64,000 nt of DNA from Mobula hypostoma (taxonomy: Eukaryota), in the NCBI RefSeq assembly GCF_963921235.1, contig NC_086107.1, positions 108,378,001-108,442,000 of the forward strand, given 5' to 3'. The notes beneath the pieces were generated by a model that was given only the letters and a program-made list of their open reading frames with translations, ran no database searches and had not been told where the DNA came from. This document shows, piece after piece, positions 45,305 to 55,897 of the stretch. Made by a program: the position numbers and the translations under genes. The first letter of the stretch is position 1. Each line of letters starts with the position of its first letter.

Positions 45305-45478
45305 TTTTTCATCTGATCTTAGCCTGGGTTCCATTTTCCTGTCTGCTGTCTTTAAGTCTTAACTCCTTGTAGTCCAAAAATCTGTTTATCTCCACCTGCA
45401 TTATGTACAGCCTTCCAACTCTCTGGTTCTCTGGGCTACAGAACGCCAAAGGTTTATGGCTATGTGAGCAGAGAAGTT
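45305..45478 (-). mobile_element. Old CR1 3' end fragment
   Basis: The minus strand reads QVEINRFLDYKELR (CR1 C-terminal FKxEIDRFL-like) plus 3' UTR. Confidence 0.55.
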
Positions 45479-46003
45479 TTCTATGAGTCTGTGGTGGCCA
45501 GTGCAATCATGTTTGCTGTTGTGTGCTGGGGCAGCAGGCTGAGGGTGGCAGACACCAACAGAATCAACAAACTCATTCGTAAGGCCAGTGATGTTGTGGG
45601 GATGGAACTGGACTCTCTCACGGTGGTGTCTGAAAAGAGGATGCTGTCCAAGTTGCATGTCATCTTGGACAATGTCTCCCATCCACTACGTAATGTACTG
45701 GTTGGGCACAGGAGTACATTCAGCCAGAGACTCATTCCACCGAGATGCAACACAGAGCGTCATAGGAAGTCATTCCTGCCTGTGGCCATCAAACTTTACA
45801 ACTCCTCCCTTGGAGGGTCAGACACCCTGAGCCAATAGGCTGGTCCTGGACTTACTTCATAATTTACTGGCATAATTTACATATTACTATTTAACTATTT
45901 ATGGTTCTATTACTATTTATTATTTATGGAGCAACTGTAATGAAAACCAATTTCCCCCGGGATCAATAAAGTATGACTATGACTATTACTATGACTATGA
46001 CTA
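45478..46003 (+). mobile_element. Young 5'-truncated Rex-Babar LINE (C-terminal ORF and (ATGACT)n tail)
   Basis: Intact frame FYESVVASAIMFAVVCWG...NVSHPL...CNTERHRKSFLPVAIKLYN, then AATAAA and tatgactatgac repeats. Confidence 0.88.
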
Positions 46004-46049
46004 TTTTTATTCAGTGGACCAACGAGCTTGCACTGTCCAATTACTCCCA

Positions 46050-46235
46050 TTACCAATTAACCTGCTCACCCCTAAGTCTTTGGAACGTGGGAGCAGATTG
46101 GAGCAACTGGAGGAAACCCAGCAGTCATAGGGAGAATGTTCAAACTCCTTACGGACATTGTCCGTAAAGAATTGAACTCAGGTCACTTGTGGTGTAATAA
46201 CGTTGCAATAACCACTAAGTTACAATGCTACCATA
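46050..46235 (-). mobile_element. V-SINE fragment
   Basis: gtgggagcagattggagcaactggaggaaacccagcagtcatagggagaatgttcaaactcc is the reverse complement of the V-domain. Confidence 0.75.
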
Positions 46236-46431
46236 AAGTTTATGATATCTGGTGAACCTTCATTCCATGTCCAGGTTCTAGTTCCTTCTATGGGAGGGAA
46301 GCATCACCAAAGCCACTGGATGCCATACCATTTATAGAATATAAAATGAACATTTAGCTTAACTGGCCTCTCCTGGAGTTATTGTTTCAGAGGAGGCAGT
46401 GGTGGGATTTAAAAGTTACTCCTAGCAGCAC

Positions 46432-47275
46432 AAAAGACATCTTAGACCATAGACGTAGGAGTGGAATTAGGCCCATGGACTCTGTCCCACCATTCATCAT
46501 GCCTTATTTAATTTCCCCCTCAACCATATTCTTCTGCATTCACCCCATAATTTTTGACATGCTTACGAATCGAGAACTTTTCAACCTCGGCTTTAAATAT
46601 ACCTAATGACTTAGTTGGCCTTCACAGTCATCCGTGGTAATTCATTCCACAGATTCACTACCCTTTGGCTAAAGAAATTCCTCTTCATCTCTGTTCTAAA
46701 GGGACATCCTTGGATTTTGAGGCTACACTCCTCTAGTATAGGAAACATCCTCTCTATGTCCATTCTACCTAGCTTTGCAATATTAGGTAGATTCCAATGG
46801 GATTCCCCCCGCATTCTTCTAAACTCCAGTGAGTATAGGCCCAGAGACTTCAAGCTCCACATCCATTAACCTTTTAAATCCTGGGATCACTCTCGTGAAC
46901 CTCCTCTGGACCCCCTCCAAAGTCAGTACATTTTTCATTAGATATGGTGCCCAAAACTGCTTACAATACTCGATATGTGGTCTGATCAATGTCTTATAAA
47001 TCCTCAGCATTACATCCTTGCTTTTATATTCTAATTTTCTCAAAATCAATGCTAACCTTGTATTTTCCTTCCTTAATACTGACTCAACTTACAAGTTAGT
47101 CTTTGGCGAATCCTGCACAAGGACTCCCAATTCCCTTTGCATCTCTGATTTCTGAATTTGCTGCCAATTTAGAAAATTGTCTATGCTTTTATTCCTTCTA
47201 CCAAAGTGCATGACTTTGCACTTTCCTACACTGTATTCCAACTGCCACTTTTTTACCCATTCCCCTAATCAATCC
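46432..47275 (-). mobile_element. CR1 LINE (3' segment; element continues at 47756-48420 and 49594-49680)
   Basis: Minus ORFs LEYKSKDVMLRIYKTLIRPHIEYCKQFWAPY...VQRRFTRVIPG and LGLYSLEFRRMRG...NFFSQRVVNLWNELP. Confidence 0.93.
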
Positions 47276-47755
47276 TAGTTGGTGGGAGGAGAAGATGGCG
47301 GCCGGGGCGGGGTCGAAGCACTCGGCAGAGATGGTGCTCGGTGCTCGGTGTCGGAGGGCTGGACGGAGGCTCGAAGTTTTCGGACGGACTCAGAGTCCGC
47401 TGCGGTCGGGTGCTTGTAATGGTGCTGCATCGGCAAGTTTGCGGCGCTTGGAGGTTCATGGCAGGGAGAGTTTCTCCCTTCTACCGTCTGCGTGAGATGA
47501 TGGGGCTATTGGACTTGAGACTTTTTTTTTACCGTGCCCATGGTCTGCTCTTTATGAAGTTATGGTGTTGCTTTGCACTGTTGTAACTATATGTTATAAT
47601 TATGTGGTTTTGTCAGTTTTAGTCTTGGTCTGTTCTGTGTTTCTGTGATATCATTCCGGAGGAACGTTGTATCATTTTTTAATGCATGCATTTCTGAATG
47701 ACAATAAATGAGGACTGAGTGTCCTCATAATCTAATCTAATCTAATAATCTAATC
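47276..47755 (+). mobile_element. Unclassified CpG-rich non-autonomous retroposon, family A (copy 1), inserted in CR1
   Basis: Near-identical to about 54070-54505 (ggggtcgaag..ctcggcagagatggtgctcggtgctcggtg...gacaataaa.gaggactg.gtgtcct.ataatctaa). (AATCT)n tail. CR1 sequence resumes on both sides. Confidence 0.85.
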
Positions 47756-48420
47756 CTTCTTCTTCCTCAATGTTACCTGCCTTTGTCATTGTATTGCAGT
47801 ATCACCCACAAACATGTCCACAAAGGCATCAATTCTCTCACCTAGACCACTAGCATATAACCTGAAAAGAAGTGGTCCCGACATCGACCCCTGCAGAACT
47901 GGTCTCCAGCAGCCAATCAGAAAAGGGCACCTTTATTCCCACATTTTGCCTCTAGTCAGCCAATCTCCTATCTTTCCTGTAAACATGGGCTTTTGCTTAG
48001 CAACCTCAACTATGGCACCTTATCAAACGTCTTCTGAAAGTCCAAGTAAACAACATCGACTTTGTTTCTCCTACTTGTTATTTCCTCAAAGAATTCCAAC
48101 AGGCTTGTCAGGCAAGATTTCCCTTTCAAGAAACCATGCTGACTTTGGCCGATTTTATCATATACCTCTAAGTACACTGTCACCTCATCCTTAATAATGG
48201 ACTCTAACATCTTGCCACTGCTGAATTCAAGCCTATAATTTCCTGTCTGTTGCCTCCTTCCTTTCTCAAAGAGTAGAGTGATATTTGCAATTTTCCAGTC
48301 CTCTGGAACCATTCCAGGATCCAGTGAGTCTTGAAAGATCACTAATATTGCTTCCACAATCTCTTCAGCTACTGCTTTCAGACTATTGGGTGTAGTCCAG
48401 CAGGTCCACATGACTTATCT
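47756..48420 (-). mobile_element. CR1 LINE RT segment (continuation)
   Basis: Minus ORF IFQDSLDPGMVPEDWKIANITLLFEKG...GNYR...QSQHGFLKGKSCLTSLLEFFEEITS...VDVVYLDFQKTFDKVP. Confidence 0.93.
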
Positions 48421-49593
48421 AGATTCAAGATTCAAGTACATTTGTTATCAAAGACTGGTATAAATTACACACCTTGAAATTTGATGGTAGCCACAAAGCA
48501 AGAAATCTGAAGAGCCCAATTAAAAAAAAAGACCATAATCACTGTGTTAAGAAAGAAGGAAGTAAAAAACACCAACACACTTCATGCAAACAAAAGGAGC
48601 AAACAACAGCATTGGAAAGGGTACTGAGAAGATTTACCAGGATGCTGTCTGGCTTAGAGATTATGGATTATGATCAGAGATTAAGGGAGCTAGGGCTTTA
48701 CTCTTTGGAGAGAAGGAGGATGAGAGGAGACATGATAGAGGTGTACAAGATATTAAGAGGAATAGATAGAATGGATAGCCAGCGCTTCTTCCCCAGGGCA
48801 CACTGCTCAGTACAAGAGGACATAGCTTTAAGGTAAGGGGTGGGAAGTTCAAGGGGGATATTAGAGGAAGGTTTTTTACTCAGAGAGTGGTTGGTGCGTG
48901 GAATGCACTGCCTGAGTCAGTGGTGGAGGCAGATACACTAGTGAAGTTTAAGAGACTACTAGACAGGTATATGGAGGAATTTAAGGCGGGGGGGTTATAT
49001 GGGAAGCAGGGTTTGAGGGTCAGCACAACAATGTGGGCTGAAGGGCCTGTACTGTGCTGTGCTATTCTATGTCCTATGTTCTATGAACCAGACTGAGTTC
49101 TTAGATCCACTCCTCAGAGCAGCCGCAATAGGCCCAAGTCTCGACCTCAGTTCATCATATTAGTGGGGGAAAACCGCCACGAAACTCGCAGAGGCGGCAA
49201 CCGTCAGAGCAGTTCATAGCCTTGGCACTTCCAGCCTACCTGGGCCGGCACTTAAGTTGTCCAAGCGCCGGGTGGTGCCTCAGTCCAGGACCCAGATCCT
49301 GGCTCAGCGACCGCGAGGGCTGCACAGCCAGCCCGAAGCCCCTCTCGATCTCACCAAATCCGCTCGGTGCTTGGAGTGATCCAGCCTCGCACCCAACATC
49401 GACCCCTCTCCGAATCCCTCACTCCAACTCCGTCTGCAGCCCCATCTTGAGCACGTCGCCCCTCGGCTTCGCGCTGCTCATCCTTCGAATCCTTTTCGTC
49501 TTCACTTGCCTCTTCATTATTTACGGTGATAGTTTACCACAACTTAATTCAGAAATGGTGTTACTAGTAATGTTTTTAGTCAATCTGTCAATC
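48421..49593 (-). mobile_element. Unclassified non-autonomous retroposon, family B (copy 2), split by a CR1 insertion
   Basis: Reverse tail agattcaagattcaagtacatttgttatcaaag at 48421. The CpG-rich body at 49086-49593 is homologous to 43490-44120. The host CR1 resumes after it (gacttatct|...|accttcagacctt). Confidence 0.75.
48609..49085 (+). mobile_element. Young 5'-truncated CR1 LINE
   Basis: ALERVLRRFTRMLSGLEIMDYDQRLRELGLYSLERRRMRGDMIEVYKILRGID and VGAWNALPESVVEADTLVKFKRLLDRYM, with tail gggctgaagggcctgtactgtgctgtgctattctatgtcctatgttcta. Confidence 0.93.
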
Positions 49594-50067
49594 TACCTTC
49601 AGACCTTCTGGCTTCCCAGACACCTTCGACTTAGTAATCGTGACTACACTCACTTCTGCCTCCCCACCTATCACTCTTGAACTTCAATTTAAGCACAGCA
49701 AGAAGAAGAAGTGGGAATGGCCTCAAATGCAAGCCTTCAAAATTGAAGAGAAGGAAGTGGGGAATACAGCCAGAAGGATGTGTGGTTAAGGTAACGTTCT
49801 GATTAGTAATCTCTAGCCCTCTTTGATCGTAGCTCACTGGGACGGCCAACTTCCCTTCTTTATCTTCCTCGTCCATGTATTCATACTTTCCAAGTATCCA
49901 AGAATCCCTATCCCAATGGTTGGAATCCCAGTCTCGTGTAAATCACTTTGTGAGTCTTTTCTCTTACTTAAGATTGAAAACAAAGATGGAATCAGAGCAT
50001 GTATCCTGTCACCAAGAGATAGAACATAGTCTGATAATGTTAGCTGTTCCCTGTGTTTCCCCTGAAG

Positions 50068-50227
50068 GCCTGGAGCAGAGCACAGGAGCAGAAGACCTCA
50101 GGGCCCCCGGGAACATTCAACACCATCATGGCCCCACTCACCTAACCAGGTTCCGTATCCCAGTCATCAAAATTCTGGTGACGTCAGCAATACTCTGGGC
50201 ATTAACCCTCTGGGAAATGAAATCCAT
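50068..50227 (+). CDS. Candidate internal coding exon of an unidentified gene (phase 2 to 0; PGAEHRSRRPQGPREHSTPSWPHSPNQVPYPSHQNSGDVSNTLGINPLGNEIH)
   Basis: Unique sequence. Acceptor tgttccctgtgtttcccctgaag|G and donor CAT|gtaagt. The frame is open across the exon, with stops just outside both ends. No homology recognised. Confidence 0.35.
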
Positions 50228-50454
50228 GTAAGTACATTCATCTGACTGAAGAAATTCCTTTTGCACGGTTACCTTATTCTAAGACTTCAAGATCACCACC
50301 TTGTCCCTCCCATATTTTGGAGTTTAAAAGCATCTTACACTTTGTCTGATTCTCTTCCTCTGTCTCTCTCTCTCAGACAGGACAGACCCTAGCTGAATCG
50401 AGGTTGCAGTCTGATTCCTACAGAAGTAATGGGAGCTGATTTTCATCTCCGAGG

Positions 50455-50810
50455 ATTGTTGTGGTGGAGAGGTTTGTGATTTCCTGTGATCCCAAGAGCA
50501 ACGCTGCCTAGAGTTTAGTCATCTGGTGCTTAGCTACTGGTAGGGTCAGCCATGATGGTAAGGTCAAAGGGGAGGTCCCAGACCTTAAGGATGGTGCTGG
50601 GGTAACTTGGTGATACATCATAACGGCACTTAAGGCGGAGGAAGACTAGAGTAGTGAAGGGTCCCCAGCCATCTTTCATTGCATGCCACTGGACCCAGAC
50701 CCTGATCTGTCAAGGACCGTGTGTTGGCTGCCCATGCATCAGGCTTCTCATGTTAAACAAAGTCACGCACAGATGCTCTCCATTAATGGGGGCTGATCTA
50801 GTGCAACAAA
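50455..50810 (+). mobile_element. Decayed RTE-clade (Rex3/Expander-like) 5'-UTR-derived element
   Basis: gtggtggagaggtttgtg...gatcccaagagc...ctggtagggtcagccatg...ggtcaaaggggaggtcccagac resembles the conserved 5' region of fish RTE elements (recalled similarity). Confidence 0.5.
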
Positions 50811-51232
50811 TCAAAAACACTAATAGATAGCAGTGAGCTGGACAACTCAAAGCAAGGCATGGAGTAAGAGAGAGCTGTTCCAGTGAAGCAGCCCCGGAGG
50901 CATTCATGTTGAAAGCTTCACCATGACATTTAGTCATTTCAGCTGTCGCAGCGAGGCATGGAGGGAGATGATGGTTTATACCTACAGACAACATCGAGCA
51001 ACTCCAGTGTTTCAACAATACAAGTTATCAAACGTGAAGGACTTCAGCGTACACAGTAACTTGTCAAATATCTCCATGAATGACTACTCCAAATCCAGTG
51101 ACCATTGGCATCAAAATCACAATCAGGTATATTATCACTGACTTATGTTGTGAAATTTGTTTTGCAGCAGCAGTACAGTGCGATACATAAAATATACTAT
51201 AAATCATAATTAATATATATACTATACTGTAT

Positions 51233-52495
51233 ATTCAAGATTCAAAATTGTTTAATGTAATTCCCTGTACATAAATGTAAAGGAGAATGAAATAATTGTT
51301 ACTCTGGATTTGATAAAGAATTAAAAAAACACAAAAGAACAGTAATAATAAAAATCACAATAAATATCAATATATAAGATACTTTATATACATTGATTGT
51401 GTGTTCATAAGGTGTCTCTAGGCTGTATATAAGGTGATTAAAAGGAAATAAAGAAGTAGTGATGGAGTTAGTGGGTGGAGATGCTGCTCAGCCTTATTAA
51501 GTCTGGAGATCCTGCCGTGGATGCCATGTAGCGTCTTCGCTGTTGGGAGTGGGACAAGCAGTCCATGAGCAGGGTGGGTGGGATCCTTTATGATGTTACT
51601 GGCCCTTTTCCAGCACCTTTCTGTACATACTGTATGTCCTTGATGGTGGGTAGGGTGGTGCCAGTGATACATTGGCAGTTTTGACCTCCCATTGTAGAGC
51701 TTTATCCCTCCCTGTCTGCTGCAGTGCAGTTTAGATTAGATCCGATTAGATTCAACCTTATTGTCATTGTGCCGAGTACAGATACAAAGCCAATGAAATG
51801 CAGTTAGCATCTGACCAGAAATGCAAAGAATAGTGTTATTTACAAAATAACTGCGAATTAAAAAAGTGCTACAGCACACAAATATAGAAGTACTGAGACA
51901 GTACAATACGGATGCAATACTGCTTAGCACTGTGATGTGAAGTCCAGCAGTGTCACAGCCTCAGGGAAGAAGCTCTTCCTGTGCCTGCTGGTGCGGGAGC
52001 GGAGGTTCCTGTAGCTCCTACCGGATTGGAGGAGAGTAAAAAGTCCATGGTTAGGGTGAGATGCATCCCTGATAATGCTCTTCGCCCTGCCCAGGCAGCA
52101 TTTATGGTAGATGTTCTCAATGGTGGGCAATTGGGTGCCGATAATCTGCCGGGCAGTTTTCACCACACACTGGAGTGCTTTGCGGTCTGATACGGGACAA
52201 TTGCCATAACACACTGAGATGCAGTTGGTGAGTATGCTCTCAATGGTACACTGGTAAAAGTCCATCGGTATCCTGGGACAGAGGTGAACTTTCTTGATTC
52301 TCCGCAGGAAATAAAGGCGCTGTTGCACCTTTTTGATCAGGATGGAAGAGTTCAGGGACCAGGTGAGATCCTCGGAAATGTGGACACCAAGGAATTTGAA
52401 GCTTGATACATACTCCCCTACAGTTCCGTTGATGTAGATGTACCAAGCAGTGATGCAGCTCGTCAGGATGCTCTCTACTGCGTAGATACTGTATG
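51233..52495 (-). mobile_element. Rex-Babar LINE fragment (middle layer; 51233-51731 plus 52441-52495)
   Basis: Reverse tail ttcaagattcaaaattgtttaatg. ORF RCWKRASNIIKDPTHPAHGLLVPLP. The sequence gcagtgcagttt resumes as taccaagcagtgatgcag after the inner insert. Confidence 0.75.
51732..52440 (-). mobile_element. Young Rex-Babar LINE 3' fragment (inner layer)
   Basis: Minus ORF QQRLYFLRRIKK...FYQCTIESILTNCISVCYGNC...DASHPNHGLFTLLQSGRSYRNLRSRTSRHRKSFFPEAVTLL, with a (TAGAT)n reverse tail. Confidence 0.92.
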
Positions 52496-52511
52496 TATAA
52501 ATTCAATAAGT

Positions 52512-52932
52512 AAAGGTTCAAAGGTTCAATAGGTACATTTAATGTCAGAGAAATGTATAAAATATACATCCTGAAATGCTTTTCCTTCACAAACATCCAC
52601 GAAAACTGGGAAGTGCCCCAAAGAATGAACGACAGTTAAACGTGAGAACCACAAAGCCCCCCGAACTCCCCCCTCCTACGTGTAAGCGGGAGCAAGCAAC
52701 AATTCGCCCTCTCCCCACCAGCAAAAAAAAAGCAAGCATCCGAGCACTTAAGTGTGAGCAAAGCAATAGCAAAGACACAGACTTGCAGTCACCCCAAAGT
52801 CTGCTTTTTCACCCGGTATTCGACATACCGCAGGCTCTCTCTCCTTCCCTAATAAGGGAAAGGGAGGTGTCTCCATTTGCCCAGCAAGCGAGGAGACATA
52901 ACAGCAACTCGCTGGTTTACGATGTTAGAAGT
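52512..52932 (-). mobile_element. Unclassified non-autonomous retroposon, family C (copy 1)
   Basis: The reverse complement (ggttctcacgtttaactgtcgttcattctttgggg...gtggatgt...atttcagg.tgtata...tatacatt...attaaatg...attgaacc) matches 60410-60540. Confidence 0.75.
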
Positions 52933-53509
52933 CGTGCAAAAAGAAAGCAAAAATAGAGAGGTGGTGTTCATGGGCTTATTGCCAGTTCAGAAATCTGATG
53001 GCGGAGGAGACAAAGCTGTTCCTAAAATGTCCAGTGTATGTCTTCAGGCTCCTGTACTTCCATTCTGGAGGTAGTTATGAGAAGAGGGCATACCCTGGGT
53101 GATAGTGGGGGGGGGGGGTTCTCAATGAGGGATGTCGCCTTTCTGAGGCATCAGATTTTGAAGATGTTCTCAATGGTGGGGAGACTAATGCCCATGATGG
53201 CACTGGGTGGGTCTACAATCCTCTGCAGTTTTTTTTCCATTCCTGTGTCCCTCATAGCAGTCGGTGATGCAACCAGTTAGAATGCTCTTCATGGAACATT
53301 TGTACAAATTTGCTCGAGCCTTTGGTGACATACCACATTTCCTCAAACTCCAAATGAAATATAGCCGCTCTTGTGTCCTTTTTGTGATCATATCATATGT
53401 TGGTAAGTTGTCAAGGAAAGCAAAATCTCATAAACTGTAAAGCTCCATTCAGTTAGAGGTCATTAATCTGCAGCAAACTTGATGTCCTTTGTCATTCATT
53501 CCATTATTC

Positions 53510-53700
53510 TATGATTTGTTTTGTCTCCAAAGACTCTTGTAAAGTTCTATCGATCAATGGAGGGAGCATTCTGATGGGTTGCCAAACAACCTGGCATGGA
53601 TGGTCCAATGCAGAGGGTTGCAAGAGGCTGCAGAGGGCTGTGGATTCAGTCGGATATATCACGGGCACAATCTTACCCACCATCAAGGATGTGTTTGCTC
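53510..53700 (+). mobile_element. Old Rex-Babar internal fragment
   Basis: SILMGCQTTWHGWSNAEGCKRLQRAVDSVGYITGTILPTIKDVF matches SILTGCITxWYG...LQRVV...LPTIxDI of the other copies. Confidence 0.7.
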
Positions 53701-53867
53701 CTGAGAGCAAAATTTACCATTCTAGTAAATTTCCTCAGCTCCCTCTCTAAAGCCTTGGCATCCTTTCTAAGGGTTTGACGCCCATATTTGGATCCAATTA
53801 CTGCAGCTCCGGCTTTGGCACAGTTGGGGTAGATAGAATCTTTTCCCCAGAGCAGAAATATCAAATA

Positions 53868-54505
53868 AGGCGCGAGCGGCCTCTCCGGTGAAATGATATC
53901 GTATTTGTTAAATAAGGGCCTTGCACAATCCTGATTTGATGGAGACAGACGTGAGAAGCATGGAGGAACATCTGGAATGCCCGATTCGCTGCCACTGCTA
54001 CTGTGCAATCAAGAATCTCCGGAGGGAAGGCCCCAAGTCCTCGGCTTTGCCTGCTGCTGGCGGCCAGGGCTGGGGTCGAAGAGCTCGGCAGAGATGGTGC
54101 TCGGTGCTCGGTGTTGGAGGGCTGGTCGGAGGCTCGAAGTTTTCGGACGGACTCAGAGTCTGACTGTGGTCGGGTGTTTCCAGGATACTGCATCGGCAAG
54201 TTTGCGGCGCTGGAAGCTCACGGCAGGGAGTGTTTCCTTCCTTCTCCCATCTGCGTGAGATGATGGGACTTTTGAGAGACTTTGACCTTTTTTTTATTGT
54301 GCCCATGGTCTGCTCTTTATCAAATTACGGTATTGCTTTGCACTGTTGTAACTATATGTTATAATTGTGTGGTTTTTGTCAGTTTTTCAGTCTTGGTCTG
54401 TCTTGTGTTTCTGTGATATCACACCAGAGGAACATTGTACCATTTCTTAATGCATGCATTACTAAATGACAATAAAAGAGGACTGCGTGTCCTTATAATC
54501 TAAAT
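53868..54505 (+). mobile_element. Unclassified CpG-rich non-autonomous retroposon, family A (copy 2, longer)
   Basis: Near-identical to 47305-47740 over about 430 bp, with about 200 bp of extra 5' sequence. Ends gacaataaaagaggactgcgtgtccttataatctaa. Confidence 0.85.
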
Positions 54506-54559
54506 GTGGAAATGCATTAAAGGTAAGTGGGGGGTGGGGAGAGAGAGAAAGATCAAAGA

Positions 54560-55027
54560 TATAAACACAACAAACTCGGCAGTTGCTGGAAATCCAGAGC
54601 GACACATGTAAAACGCTGGAGGAGCTCAGCAGGTCAGTCAGCATCTATGGAGGGGATATAGGCAGCGCAATAACGTAGTGGTTAGCAGGACACTTTAGAG
54701 TGCCAGCAACCGGGGTTCAATCCTCACTGCTGCCTGTATAGAGCCTGTATGTTCTCCCCGTAACCTCATGGGATTCCTCCGGATGCTCTGGTTTCCTCCC
54801 ACAGACCAATGGCGTGCTGGTCGGTAGGATAATTGGACACTGCAAACTGTCCCGTGATTAGGCTGGAAAATTAAATTGGGGGAATTTCTAGACGGTATGG
54901 CTCGAAGGGCCAGAAGGGCTTATTCTGCACTGTACCTCGATAAATAAATACACAGTCGACGTTTCAAGCCGGGACCCTAATCAGAGGTCGCGGTCAGAAA
55001 CATCGACTGTTTATTCCTCTCCATAAA
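54560..55027. mobile_element. Penelope-derived fold-back element interrupted by a V-SINE
   Basis: Left arm gctggaaatccagagc...gctggaggagctcagcaggtcagtcagcatctatggagggga / acagtcgacgtttc and right arm gaaacatcgactgtttattcctctccata are inverted copies. Confidence 0.75.
54661..54950 (+). mobile_element. Full-length V-SINE (HE1-like)
   Basis: A box taacgtagtggttagc, B box ggttcaatcc, V-domain gtatgttctccccgtaacctcatgggattcctccggatgctctggtttcctcccaca, CR1-like tail gggccagaagggcttattctgcactgta and (TAAA)n. Confidence 0.88.
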
Positions 55028-55897
55028 CTTTAAAAGTTGTGTGGTACAAGTATTTTGCACAGTGAGTGGTGGGTGCCCACAGCGGGCTGCTGGAGTGGTG
55101 GGGGAAGTACATAAGGCTGTAGAGTTTAAGAGGATTTTAAACAGACAGATGAACGTGCAGAGAAGGGATGGATCTGGATTATATGCAGACAATGAGATTT
55201 AGTTCAATTTGGCATTGTGTTTGGTACTGATATTGTAGGCTGTGGGGCCTGTTCCTGTGCTGTGCTGTTCTATGCTCTAACCAGAAATGACATTGGGACT
55301 GCAGATACTCTCTAAGCCCCTGCATTGCCCGGCAGGCAGATCTCAATGTGCTAATATGACGCTGAAACTCATTGGACTTCACACCGAATTACCGCTACTG
55401 TTCCTCACTCGTACAATCACCACAAGCCCCAGGGCGACTGGAACAAGATTCCTCTGTCCTAGCATAGTCCTGTTGAGGCTGGGAGGAGACCGAGAGATGA
55501 AATGTGAGGTGATGGAATTGTTACAGAACAAATCAGTCAATTTCTCTGCAGACGTTGTTACCACGCTCCGAAGGAGATTTTGATCATGACAATTTAAAGA
55601 GAAGTAGTGAATACTCGTAATCTTACTGCTGTGTGACACGTAATAATAATGATTATGTGTTCATGAAAATACAATGTAAAAGAATTTTATAACCATCTCC
55701 TGCCAGCTCTCTGAAACACTTCGTAATGAAATACTCTGAGACACAGCAACTTGTCATTCCTACATAAGGCTGGCCATCCTCTACACGTCAGGATCCCACA
55801 GTCTAGCATCATCAGACACCGATGTGTCCAGACGGGCAGCACATCCACAGAGTTACGGTTCAGAATTCTGCCCCAAATCCCTGGCAGTGCTGTAGTT

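Larger units (their letters stand above)
51110..53400 (-). mobile_element. Rex-Babar LINE (outer host; pieces about 51110-51232 and 52935-53400) interrupted by nested insertions
   Basis: Reverse tail caaaatcacaatcaggtatattatcactgac at 51110. Minus ORF ITKRTQERLYFIWSLRKCGMSPKARANLYKCSMKSILTGCIT at 53185-53391. Confidence 0.75.
53822..55280 (+). mobile_element. CR1 3' fragment split into three pieces (53822-53867, 54506-54540, 55028-55280)
   Basis: gtagatagaatcttttccccagagcagaaatatcaaata / atgcattaaaggtaagtggggg / tattttgcacagtgagtggtgggtgcc...ggcctgttcctgtgctgtgctgttctatgctcta are collinear with the CR1 at 48770-49085. Confidence 0.7.

Noticed and set aside
46149..46167. Hairpin TTACGGACA-T-TGTCCGTAA
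   Set aside because: A short local inversion within a decayed SINE, with no supporting context.
54661..54730. tRNA gene (A and B boxes)
   Set aside because: The boxes lead directly into the V-SINE core and CR1-like tail, and there is no complete cloverleaf.
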